In this document: positions 49,750-62,952 of the stretch, in pieces
Layout: the number at the start of each line of letters is the position of its first letter
Numbering within the stretch: position 1 is the first letter of the stretch
Source: Nemertoderma westbladi
Lineage: Eukaryota; Animalia; Xenacoelomorpha
Assembly (NCBI GenBank): GCA_032718475.1
Contig: JAUCBJ010000128.1
Location: forward strand, 9,514 to 73,513
Direction of reading: 5' to 3'
DNA: 64,000 bases
Program-made: the position numbers and the translations under genes
The notes under the pieces: model-generated
The model's database searches: none
Told to the model about the DNA's origin: nothing
What the model saw: the letters and a program-made list of their open reading frames with translations, nothing else

Positions 49750-52010
49750 GTATTAGTGGGGGCAGGAATTGGGTTAGTTAGGAAGCCTAGATGTACCCGG
49801 GAGGGGCCTGCATACCTTACAGTAAGTAAGTTGCGAGTAAGTAGATTGCGAATTAGTCAATTGCGAATTATTATGTTGCGAATTATATAATTGCAGATTG
49901 TATAATTGCAAGTTGTACTATTGTGATCTGTGATTGCTGACGCTGATTGGTGTGTTACTGAAGTGTGCCTATGATTACGAATACTTAGGTAGGCGCCCCT
50001 TTTCTCTTTGATTGATTTCTATTTCTTAGTTACAACAAATAATTACTGATTAGGTCAAAGTAATACGGCATTTTAGGCTATTACTAGCGAAACCTGTTGT
50101 GTAATAAATTAGAATTACGCATTCTGGAATTCTTAGTAATTAGTACGCTGTTACATATTTGTGACTGTAATTGATTAGTAAAATTAAGAATTAGTACGCA
50201 GCATAGCGGAGAGTAGCTAAGGTAATAATTTAGAGTACCGTAAACTATTCACGCTAAGCGGTTATTTGCATTAGCGGGCAATAAACTAGATCGCAATAGT
50301 CAGTACGCAAGACACTAGTGAGTTGCTGGCCTAAAGCCAGCTGCAGGCAAGTTTAGACCCAGAGCGGTATCACCTACGAAAGACATTGTACTGTACCATT
50401 TTGATTATTTTAAATATTCTCGCATTCACATATTCCGTTAGGGAACCCTCAGTATTCGCGATTAGAAAAGACGTAAGCATTGGCGTATTTCAGTAGTAAA
50501 ATTAGGCGTAAGAATATACTCTGAGTGTAAAGCCCCTCGCACTCGTCTTAAGTAAGCTTAGGGAGCCGACTCGGGTTTATTGTTTTGGTTATTCCCGCGT
50601 GGCTCATAGATTCGAACAGTTAGCTCTCTATCGAGCGATCGGTAGAGAAAGGAACAAGCGATTTTGCAGGAGTTGTGTAAATTTAGTAAAATATATTAGC
50701 GGACGGCAGATTAGCGCCATCCAACGGTAAGTAGCGGTTTTGTATTTAGCAACCCTTACAATTTAGTAATAGCACACTCCTGATCCCCTTTACTTAACAG
50801 TAGAGCAGTCTTTGTGTCTTATTGGTTAGGCGAGAGCTCATTAGGTTGGCAGAGAGGTATACGGGTATTTGTCTGTTCAACAGTTCTGCTGTTAGTCAGT
50901 TAGTATAGGTGTCGCGGTTGTTTAACAGTAAGGTATGTTTTTATTGGCTGTTGCTTGCAGCGGTCAATAGTGTATTCTTTTAGGCTGTTAGTTTAGATTA
51001 CTGTATTCACTGGTTGCGTACAATAGTACAGTAGTACATTAGGCTGATTGCTGTTACTGCGTACGGTAGAAAGGACATTTGTTTTGCCGTACCACACACA
51101 GTATCATTAGGCTGTTAGGTTGGTGTACTGTTTTACTTACTGTACTGCGTACAGTGGAAGTACGGTAGTGCGTTTTTGCTAATTGCGAATACAGCAGTTC
51201 CTTAGGCCTTAGGGCAAATTGTAATTAGTAAGTTTTTTGAAAATTTTAGCTAGGTTTGCGAGAATTCAGTTTCGGTCAAAATTATTTTGTAAAATTCTAG
51301 AGTTTTGTACCGGTATGTTAGGTAACCGCTTAGTTATTTTATACCATCTGGAGATACATGGCAAGACGGAACTTCTGAGCTTGGGGTTCGTGTGGGTCTG
51401 CGGGTTCGGTTTGCAATCAGCGAAGGGACTGAATCTTTGGACGCGGACGTGGAATCTCACAGCAAACAAGGTTAGTTGTTCTGTTGGCACCATTGTGTTT
51501 GTGGAAGCAGTAAAAAATTACTGGTTGTTTAACTGCGAAGCTGAACTCAATTTATTAGTTAGGATAGTTAAGTTTAGCCGGCCATGGTTTTTTGAATCGC
51601 TCAAGTTAGAGAGAGAGTTAGAGAGAGTCGCAACCCGAAGATGTAGCCACGCGCTAGTGGATACATATAATATTTGAAATTAAAATTACGTTGATTAGAG
51701 CTATATATGCAAAATTGGAATTATTTGGGTGGCAAATTTATTCTGAATATTTTGTATTAGATTCAGAAATTATTTTGTGTCATACCGGTATTTAATTGCT
51801 ATAATAGCTATATAATAATATTTTTGTTTAAATATTGTACTAGTATTTGCTATACCCCATTAAATTCACAATATTGCATTGCGAATTTATTTGACATTTT
51901 GGACCAACTGATTATTTGACAAATAATTTGACCGTATTTCGGTTAAATTATAATTATATCTCGAACTTTTGCGAGATATTTTTGCCGGAAGGCAAAACAT
52001 TATTAAGACT

Positions 52011-55000
52011 ATGAGTGTCTCAGACAAAGAGGCACTAGAGGACAGCTATGAGACGGCGGCTGGACCGCCGACTGACGATAGCGTAAATATTACTGTTGAC
52101 GACAATGCCGACTATGACGACGCAGCGAGCGATGCTGACGTAAGTGAACAGGAGGACGAGACAGTGACTAGTGAGGAAGAAGAACTACCTCAGATAATAG
52201 TATTAGGATCCCCTACCGCTACTGTAAGGAAGGATTGTACAGCAGCCCGGACGGAGGTGAGTGATAGGGAGGGTAGTGTAGCAGAAGCGAGAGCCCGGAA
52301 CCCGGTTTCCAGACCTGTGGGTATGGTAAGTGCCGTGGTCCCAGCGGCTGTTAGGAGTACCCGTAGTTCCCGAAATAATCCTTCAAGTCCACCAAGTGTG
52401 AGTCAGGTAAGCGAGAGAGAACTTGATATCGCGATAAAGAAGAAACTTCGCGCGCATGCCGGACATATAACTCGGACGACGGACAAGGTAAGGAAGATGT
52501 TAGCCGACTCAGCGAACATCGGACGGGAAGGGTTAGTAGAGATTAGAAGAGGATATAACTCAGCGTTATTCAAGCAGACGGAGGAGCTTGCAGTCCTAGT
52601 GAAGAAGGCAGTAGAGTCTCAGTCGAGCGACGTGGCGACGAGGATTTACGACAGGGTTTTAGCAGCCTTGTTAGAGCACCGCGAGTTATCGGAGCGATTC
52701 CGACGAGTTAGGACGGAGAACTGGCTGCTATGGGCATCACAAGTGCAGGCGACTCAGGTAAGTGACGCAGAGTTGAGAGACTTAGTGGAGCGGGAAGAGA
52801 TCCAAGATAAAGAAGAGCGCCGTTATCAGAGGGAAGTTACTAGCTGGCTGATGCAGAATGGAGTGGTGGTACCAAGCCAGGTGCTACCGACGACGGAGAA
52901 CATTCAACAGAAGACGTTGACTCCACCCGACGACGCATCCAGAGACAGTGGCGATTCCCAGGTTAGTCACGTGCGAGGGAAGGTTATATGTGCTAGATCC
53001 CTTGTTTCTCACAACTCGGCGGAGGAGAGAAGACGCCGACTGGACGAACAACAGGCGGAAGTTTTGCGTGCATCGGAAGCACGGAAGGAAGCCGAACGAG
53101 AAAGGGAGCGAACACGTAAGTTAGACGCAAAGTTGCGGGAGTTGGAAGAGAAAGGTAAGCGTGAGCAAGCGGAACGCGAACAGAAGGAACGCAAACTCCA
53201 ACTTGAACGCGAACTCCAACTTGAACGCGAACAGAAAGAACGCGAACGGGAAGCGAAGAAACGCGAATTCCAACTTGAACGCGAACGTAAGGAACGCGAA
53301 CTCGAGATCGAGAAAGAGCGACAAGCGTTGTATGAAGAAAAGGCGCGTGTGGAAGAAGAGAGCGCAGCGAGACGAGCGAGGGAAGAAGAAGAACGTAAAC
53401 TGGCGCAGTTGGAAAGTGCGAGATTAAGTTTAGAGAGCGAAGAACGGACTAGGAAGGCGAACGAAATCGCCGAGAAGGGGATGTGAATGATCGAAGAATG
53501 TGGGGCGAGTGTAGGGACCGAGTTGCGAGAACTGTTCGCACTGCAGAAGGCCGAACAGGAAGCGAGAACTCCGGCTATACGCGAGTCTACGACGACCAGA
53601 ATTCCTATACCCGGTCCAGCTATTACGAGTACACGGATCGCTAAACCATTCTCTACATATCGCACGCCAGTTGGTATTAGTGCTTCACCCATCGCCCAGG
53701 ATCCACGTCATCGGAACACCACACCACTATACACCGAATGAGAGAATGAAGAGTTTAGAGAAACTCCGATGGGATGAGTATTTGGCGAACCGAACCCGCG
53801 GGTTTGGAATACGCGGACGGAGCGCCGACCCAGTTCGACGGAGAACTTCCGGGTTAAACCGGAAGAGGGATCATATGAGAGACAGCGGATTACTCAGATA
53901 GAGCCGACTATACAACAGAACCCTAGCCAGGAATTTATTACGAGGGATGAGTTAAGTGCTAGTTTAGCGCAAGCTATATCGCCGCACATCCAACCTATAA
54001 CGGACATGCTTAGTAACCTACGGTTAAAGGAAGCAGCCCAGGTAAGAAGTAATTCTAATCCTAGCAGGCCTGAGTTAGACAAAGTCCAGCCTAGTCAACG
54101 AGTACGCATATCGGAGGAGACTATACCACATAGACCTCAGGTAAGGACGCCTGTCCCGAATATTCATAATCCCAATTTCGAAAATTCGGCGGAAAGATTT
54201 ATTGAGGAGGCTTGGGTCAGGGCCTCGGCGCGCAAACCATCGCGAGCGCTAAGGACTGACACCGAGTCAAGCGATGAAGAGGAAGACATGAGACATCAGA
54301 AGTCCCGAAACTATAAGGAAAGAAGGACCGACGCGGAGCAGGTAAGTTGGAACCACCGGGAAAGGACCAGACTTAACAACCCTGCGGAACTAAACCATTT
54401 GTTAACCCGGAACGACGCAACCCTTAGGGACATAGGTAAGTTTGCTGCTAGGCAAGGACTGCCGACGCAACAACCCCAGAAGTTTATGGGCAACCACAAG
54501 CACTGGAGGACCTTCAAAACCTATGTCGACGAGCAGCTAACCAACAGCACCTTTACTCCCAACGAGAAGTTCAACTATTTGCTTCAGATGCTCCATCGAG
54601 AACCTAGAGCCATTGCTGATAACTTCGTCGGCAATGAAAGAGCATTCGAGTTAGCGATGAAGACGCTTAGCGACATCTACGGGAATAAAACCAAGATGGC
54701 ACAGTCGATAGTAGAAGACTTGGGTAAGGGCGGAAGGATTACAACTCCGTTAGAGCTGTTGAACTTAGCGAACGCCATTTCGAACGCATTGGACATCTTG
54801 AGGACGGTGAATCTACCTCATCATTCTCATCACGCCGAAGTTTTGAAAAGCGTAATTAGACGTTTAAACATGCGTTACCGACAGAAATGCGCAAATTAGA
54901 GAATAAGTTGGAAGGCCAAGGTAAAGTATTGACACTTCAGCATATTCATGACATGATAGCCACAGACGCAGTAGCAGAGATGAAATCAAACTTCTCAGAG

Positions 55001-58000
55001 GAGAATATGAGGGAGTCTAAACCTGTTACCGGTAAGTCTATGGTAAGTTTTGACGATGACAGGACCACTGTGACATTTAACTCAGTAGACAGATATAATT
55101 TGAGTACCCCAGCCTTTAGATCAGACTCGCGAGTATGGTCAGGTGAGCGGTTAGATAGACCTAGGTTAAAGCAACAGGAGTTGCTGGATGGATTTGTAGG
55201 TTGCCAATACTGTTTACTAAAGGAGGTAAGATCTGACGACCATAAGTTAGATAGTTGCAGACGGTTCAAAGAATTAAATTCGGAACAGAGAAGAGTTCAA
55301 GTGCGGACGTTGGACACCTGTTGGGCATGTCTTGCGCCAGGCCATGTACGGCGGCAGTGCCCGAACAGCAAGGACGGATGCATGGAATGCGGCAGACTAC
55401 ATCACAAGTTGCTACATGCGGATTTCCACACCCCAACGGACCGTTACTTACAGCGAAATCCTCAAAGGAAGGGGAGCAAAGAACCCGTATCGATAAGGAG
55501 GAATACGTATACCGGCATCCAGGACGATGGTTATCAACCAGGTTCGTTGGACGAGGATGGCGAGTCGAGCGCGAGAGAAGTGACCTGCCAAGGTTTCACC
55601 GCGGATAGTTCATCGACCAGCGCACGGACGTATTTATCATCGGCCACGTCGGAAATATTTAGCGTGATTCCGGTGAAACTTACTGGCGATAAGGGATCGA
55701 AGCGAATATATGTGATGTTGGACACTGCGTCCACATTATCGTATATCGACGAGGAAGTGGCGAGAGCCGTTTCTAGCTTCCAGGACGCCGAGGAGATCCA
55801 AATAGAGTTGAAGTCTATGCACGGGGTAGGAGACCTCAAGGGACACAGGATATCTGTAGAACTAGACTCCCTACTTCCGAGAGACCAACATACTCGACAA
55901 GAACGGAAAGCTTTGCCATTGGACGGATTTAAGTGTCTAGCTATGAAGGGATTCGGCAGACAGTTAGGTAAGGTGCTGCCGATGAGTCCCATAGCACAGG
56001 AGTATTTTGACAAGCTTAGGATACCCAGACACCAGGTAGGTTATAGGAATGTTTCTATGTTAATTGGTGCAGAACAGCTGATCGCACTCCAATTATGGGA
56101 AACGAGACCAGCTGAGCCGCATGTCAATGGACCACATGCCCATAGGACTATATTAGGTTGGTATACAAGAGTACCCATGTCTTATGAGTTTACAGGTGGC
56201 GACAAGCCAATAGACAGATACGACGAATTACATCCTATAACTCAACCACCGTTAGTAGAACCACCAGACATAGACGAGTTTAGGAGAACCTGTATTGACC
56301 ACTATAGTGACTTTAGCGAGTCGGACGAGGAGTTGATTCCCGATAATGTTAGGTTGTCGGAACCACTTCATAACGACCGGACAGATAGTGAACCCGAGGA
56401 CTGTTATCAGACCCGTGGGTCTGGTTCAGCGGCCCACGCTACTTATCTGACTAACGTTTTGACTTATACAGACATAGTGGAGGGTCAAGTGGCTAAATAT
56501 CGAGACCTAGACATTTTCCAATACAGTGAGGAGGAGTTACAGAAGGAATTGATACGCCAGGACCTCGAGACAAGAGCCAGAACCGTCGAATGGCTGGATA
56601 GGGACGCAATGGAACCCGGTGGATATGACCTAGCCATGTCCACTGATGAGAAGCGGTCGCTGGAGATGATGGAAGGCACCATACGTCTACTACCGACTGG
56701 ACATTTTGAAGTTGGAATGTTGTGGCGTCGACAACCACCTAAGTTGGAGAACAACTACAACTTAGCCTTGAAAAGATTAAACGGAGTAAGGGCTCGGTTG
56801 TTAAAGAATCCGGACATTAGGGAGAAGTATTGCGCTCAGATCAACAACTATTTCGCCAAGGGATTTGCTGGGAAGGTAGAGGACCCTGACTTAGTGACAG
56901 ACCAGACTTATTACACCACTATGTGACTCACCCTGACAAACCTGACAAAGTCCGAGTAGTCAACGACTGCGCAGCAGTCTATAGAGGTATGTCCCTGAAT
57001 TCAGAGTTGATGGATGGTCCCAACCTGAATAATTATTTGATTGGAATACTGTTGCGTTTTAGACAGCGGCGATTCGCATTTACTTGTGACATCGAGGCGA
57101 TGTTCCACCAGGTAAGAGCCTGTAAGGCAGACCAGGATAGCCTTCGCTTTCTCTGGTATGAGAATGAAGACTTATCCGGCCCAGTGGTTACATACCAGAT
57201 GTACGTTAGGATATTTGGCGCCCGCAATAGTCCAAACGGCACGCTGTTTGTTCTAAAGAAAACGGCAACAGCCCAGATTGGTAAGTATCCAGTAGAAGTA
57301 ATCGAGTCCATCTTGAGAAACTTCTACATGGACGACGGATTGGTGTCCAAGGACACGGCGGAATAAGCCATAGAAGTGGCTCACGGCCTACAGGAGTGCT
57401 TGGCTACAGGGGGATTTCCTCTGACCAAGTTCACTACGAACTCGGAGGCCCTATTAGAGTCGTTCCCGGTAAAAGATCGCGGGAGCGGAGACATTGAATT
57501 GGGGGTAGAACCAATCCCCATGGCGCGAGTACTGGGACTCGCTTGGAATCCGAACACGGATAAATTCCAGGTAAGAGTTAGATTTGAGCCCAGTAGCCCA
57601 GACAAAGTTTTGACTAAGAGAATTTGCTTATCGACATTGAGTAGACTATTTGACCCGATGAACTTTATCAGTCCGGTTATATTACAGGCACGAGCGTGCA
57701 TGAGGAAAATTTGGTTGTCCGACCTAGAGTGGGACGAACCAATATCTCCTATACATGCAAAGCAGTGGAGGGAGTGGGAAGCCGAGTTGCATCTATTGAA
57801 AAATATAGATGTACCCCGTTCCTACTTTCCGAATCAGCTGGTATTTCCAGCTGATCTCGAACTCCACTTATTTAGTGACGCAAGTGACACCGGCTTTGGT
57901 ATGGTAGCCTACCTTCGCCGAGAGGTAAGTCAGGACAAGTTTGAGACGGCCTTTGTAACTTCTAGATCAAAGACAATGCCGGTCAAATACATGACTGTCC

Positions 58001-60279
58001 CTCGTGCAGAGTTACAGGCGGCAGTAGTTTCAGTCGAGGTAAGTAAGCAGATAATTGAGGAGTTAGACACGACATTGACCTTATTCTATTGGACGGACGC
58101 ATCCTTGGTGTTAGTATACATTGCGGCCGACAATATTGCACTAAAGACATTTGTGGCCAACAGACGCGCTCAGATCGTTGATTTTTCGACGAAGGAACAA
58201 TGGAGACATTGTCCGGGAGTGTTGAACCCGGCCGACATAACTTCGAGAGGTGCAATGCCGGCGGAATTCTGTCAGGAAGAGTCGCAGGAGTTTTGGTTGC
58301 ATGGACCTGATTTTCTAACGAGGACACAGGAACATTGGCCAGAGCGACTAAAGATAGTGACCAATCCGATGCCTGAAGATGCAGAAGTCAAAGTGGAGAA
58401 AGTCTCTAAGTCAAAGTCTAAAGCCAAACTTAAGTCATTGGAGCGGCCTGAAGAGTCATTGGAGCGGCCCGGAGACCTGTCAGACCTACAGACTTACGTG
58501 ACTACTAGGTCCGGAAGGGTAAGTTATGACGTAAAACCACCCTTACAGACTAAACCAGAGTCAAAGTTGGTAAGTGACGGACAGAAAATGACTGACACAA
58601 TGGAGCCTTTGGTTTCCAAACCTGCGGGTTTGGATTCGAAACTTCCATTAGTTAGCGGACAACCGTCGCTGGCATTAGAGTCATGCAGTGTTTATGACAA
58701 ATTACTAAATTCGTCTGCCTCTTGGCTGACAATTTGTAAAAGAACTGCGTGGTTAAGCCGATACATTTTGTACCTTTGTTTAAAACATTCGAAACATTTG
58801 AGAGAACCATTGAGCACCAATAGTGAGCGAATTCGGAAATTGAAACAACCTCTGACAGAGGATGAGATTGATCAAGCGGAATTAAAGCATTTGAAATATT
58901 ATCAAATGTGTGCCTTCCCAAAAGAATTCTATTCATTATCGGCTCAACGACCAGTTCTCTATAAACCCCTTAGAAAATGGAGTCCATTAATCCATAAGGG
59001 TTTGATTTGTCATAGATCGAGAATTCAGACTGTCGACATAAACTCACAGTTTCGGTTCCCAGTGATAATCCCTAGTCACCCAATAGAATTGCAAAGAGCG
59101 ATTCTATGGGATATACACAAGAGGCTGCATCACGCGGGAAGGTTACACTGTTTGTCGGCAGCGAGACAGCGATTCATTCTATTGCAGCCAAGCAGGGCAG
59201 TCGGCACTATGTATGACGCCTGTCTGGTTTGCAAGAGAGTGAACGCCAGAGTATTGGAACAGGAGATGGCTGAACTCCCGGAAGCGAGAGTGCAGGCATA
59301 TGACCCACCCTTTACGAACACAGGGGTGGACTGTTTTGGTCCGATTGAAGCAAAGAGTGGACGGCTGACCCACAAGCGATGGGGTCTGCTACTGACATGC
59401 ATGGCTAGTAGAGCCATACACATTGAGCGTGTGGCAGACATGTCGACCAAATCTCTGCTCCTGGCCTTGAAGAGATTTATGGCCAGGAGAGGACTAGTAA
59501 AGGCGTTCTACTCCGATAAGGGTACAAACTTTGTCGGAGGGAATAGCGAGTTGAACGCGGCTCATAAAGCGGCACAGAATAAAGAAATTTCTGCAGCACT
59601 TTTGCCGCAAAGAGTAGAGTGGAGATTTAATACTCCAGAAAGTCCTTGGAGAGGAGGAAGTTGGGAGCGTTTAGTTCGCTCTGTAAAACAGGCCATTGCC
59701 AAAACATTGCCTGTGAACAAACAACTTACCGATGACGAACTGGTCACTGCTTTCATTGAAATCGAGCATACCCTAAACTCGAGGCCGATAGCTATGTTGC
59801 CAGACGGTGTTGCATTAACGCCGAATCATTTGCTAATGCAGAGTCCAGCATTTCTTGTGCCGGCATCAGAACCCGTTAGTGCCGACCTATATAGTCGTAA
59901 GAGCTGGAAAGTAACACAATTAGTCGCGTACACATTCTGGGAATATTGGCGGGAATATTATCTTCCCACCATATCCACCAGAACAAAGTGGTACAAAACG
60001 GTTCGGAGTCTCCAAAGAGGAGATTACGTATTGATAACCGAGCCGATTGTCAAGAGAAAATATTGGGAGACTGGAGTGATCTTGCACACACATCCAGACG
60101 TGCAAAACATAGTGCGCACAGTCACTGTGAAAATTAGGTGCAAGTGTCCGCACCCAAAGAAGTGTAAAACTAATGGTTTACACACCTTGGACCGACCGGT
60201 CCAGGATATCGTGTTATTAGAGGAGACACGCATCGAGACGGGAGATTATAATTTGTCTCCTGCCTCAAAACAGAATTAG
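52011..60279 (+). pseudogene. Element D gag-pol (stops at 53484 and 57364, several frameshifts)
   Basis: Coiled-coil gag, QKFMG motif, triple knuckle, MLDTAS, DIEAMFHQV, FYMDD, LHLFSDAS, PRAELQAA, NPADITSRG, integrase HHCC, GVDCFGP, YSDKGTNF and WERLVRS. Confidence 0.95.
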
Positions 60280-60977
60280 TGTTAGACACAACTCACTTCG
60301 TATGCATTCCTCGTATGCAAATACAAGGAAATGCATAGGAGCGGGGTTGTGGTGATTTGCGTTGAGTTTTGTCTAGTGGATATCAAAACAAAATTTTATT
60401 TCAAAATTTTTGGAAAATTTAAAATTTTAAAAAATTAGAAGTGAACCCAAGACAATTCCAGACGCTGTGTATAGACGCGTTTTAGAACTCGTCTATAGAT
60501 AAACAGTAATTTGAAAAGTCGTGAAGCCTGGAAAATAGCATTTAGAAACCATGGTGATGGCTATATTACGTAGGAGTGTAAATTGAGTTTAGCAACTTCC
60601 ACAGATTGGTGCCAACAGTGCAACTAAGGTGCTAAAGGTTAGTAGCACCAGAGGCGTACATGGACCCCACTCAGTAGTTTGCAGTGATGTGTGATATTCG
60701 ATTATCAAACCTGTGGGTTTGGTATAGTCGAGTATTGTGGCTATAGTCCTTTCTAACTACTGTAGTTTAGTACGAGTAATGGGAGTAGTTTGGGCATCAA
60801 AAAGTGAGTTGGTCACGGCCAGTTTATCTCCAAAGTTTTTGCGCTATGCATGGGAATAGGTTAGAGGATAGTTAGTTAGGAAGAGACGGGATCTAGAGAG
60901 TCGAACCTAAACTGCTGGAAGGCAGCGGGGGGGGGGGGGGGGGGGGGTTCGGGAGGTCTGTCTTTCGACGGCATCTA

Positions 60978-62089
60978 ACTGATTTACCCACCGTGTAATT
61001 GGACGAACGATGAACTGCTACCTGCCGTCCGAGATCAATTCGACGGGATGCATCTGTACCGGAGGACTCGAGGCGAGGATCAGGAGACGCCGAAAATCTT
61101 CAGCGTGTACGAGTTGTTCTACAAGTGCGGCGGATGCATGAGTGGACAAGACGTGGCGATTCCCGACCGACTAGACGAGCAACATCCAGAACCGATATTA
61201 ACGCGATGTCAAGCTCACCAGTTCCTTAGATATAACGAGGGAGGTTACCCGATGAGCAACCCGATGATCAGTATCGACTTCAGCGGAAAGCGACCTCCGA
61301 GACCCATTACGCCGACCGTTACGACATTAGATCCGTATACGGAGATTAAACCCTGTTCGACACCCACTTTGATAGACACGGCGGCGGCCATTTCGCTATA
61401 CCGAGCCTATAAAGACCTAGAGGCGCGGCGCGAAGCGGCACGGGACTCGAGTTCCTGGACCACGTTCACTTCGCTTCACCAGGAGAGGAAGCTCACGCCT
61501 GAGTATCCAGACGAGATTCGCGCCGTCCATCCGTCTACTAACTATACCCACGATCCGTGTTTATACGATATTTACTCCAAATTATTTCGGGAAGTTTCGA
61601 CGCACGCACTATTAAGCCCGAATATGTCCAATCCTTTATATATCATCGTCGCTCTGATATATACGTCTAGATTTATTACCCAGCGCACAATTGGCGGCCT
61701 AAGGAGACTCGTTTGGGGTCATTGACCTCTGAACGAGTGGAGGATCAGGACCGCCGCGCCCACAGCGACAACAGCCGGAGCTCACAGCTCGCGGCAAGTA
61801 CCAGAAGGAGGAGTCCTTGGCAAGCGTCAAGCCAAGGACGAGCAGTTCCATTCTATAGCTGAAGAAAGAGGAGTTGGCGGAGGCGCCCACAGGGACACGG
61901 CAAATGGGACGAGGCCGAGGGAGGAGCACCAGTCGGGAGATAGTCGGTGCCCAGGGAACGTCGTCGCCGGTTCCGGGAAGTGACGCCTCAAGGACGCCGT
62001 CAACAGAGTCTACAGGGGGTAGACTGGTGTATCTGGGGAAGGGACAAAGGAGAGGAGCGAGCCCGAGAGACCCAGGAGCTAGCCGATGA
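60978..62089 (+). pseudogene. Accessory 3' ORF of element D, unknown function, decayed
   Basis: GC-rich coding-like island within an AT-rich 3' region. The 225-aa ORF 61048..61725 is open upstream to ~60978 and has open frames downstream. Confidence 0.5.
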
Positions 62090-62952
62090 GACTATAATAT
62101 CACGGAGCGACAAACTCTAGACATATACATCATCGTCGCTCTGATGTATATCGTAGGTTTTGATCAATCATTCGACTGGACTCATATACACTAGTCGTAT
62201 CCATATTTTAGAGTTTTATTTTCGAAGGCCGAAAAATATTGAAAGGAAATACTTTTATTTTATAGTCCGTTGGAAATATGATTTTGAGCCTATACTATAT
62301 TTGATTTTGTGTATATGACTTTATTTGCTCTAAAGTTTATTGAAAGAGGCAAAGGAAGTGATTGGGGAGACAAACCCGCGGGTTTGGCTTACTCCTTTCA
62401 CTTACCTGAGCAATCATCAAACCAAGATGATTTGTGTTTTTTATAAGAAATTAAGTAAAGTCCGAAAATGAAAGAAATTATTACGTATTTTATATTTAAT
62501 TTGATTATCGGCCTTTAATGCAATTTAGTTAAAAATTTAGCCTCAAATACGTTTTATATTTTAGTTCTTTGTTATTATTGTTCTCTATAATTTGAGATGG
62601 GAAATGGGGGACATTGTCCTAGCCATGTTCCATTTCAATAGGTAGACCGTCAATTTGTAAATAAATAAAGGAAGTAATATTTTGTAAATTTAATTTTGTA
62701 TGTAGTAATCATTATGTAGTACGAACGAGAAAGCAGTATTTTGTAAATTTAATTTGTATGAGAGAGATAATATTTGTAAATTTAATTTGTATGCAATTCA
62801 TTATGCAATATCTATAGCAATATTTTGTAAATAGTAGGATTTATAGTATCAAGTATTTAGATTATTTGGAAGAAATTTATTTTGTTTTGTATACATCACC
62901 TTATACTCTTCTACAGTTGGAGGGAAACATTATATGATTTCCCTTGGAGCGG

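Noticed and set aside
29985-60947. Numerous long poly-G/poly-C tracts as a G-quadruplex system
   Set aside because: They lie in unrelated repeats, their lengths are unreliable in assemblies, and they show no common context.
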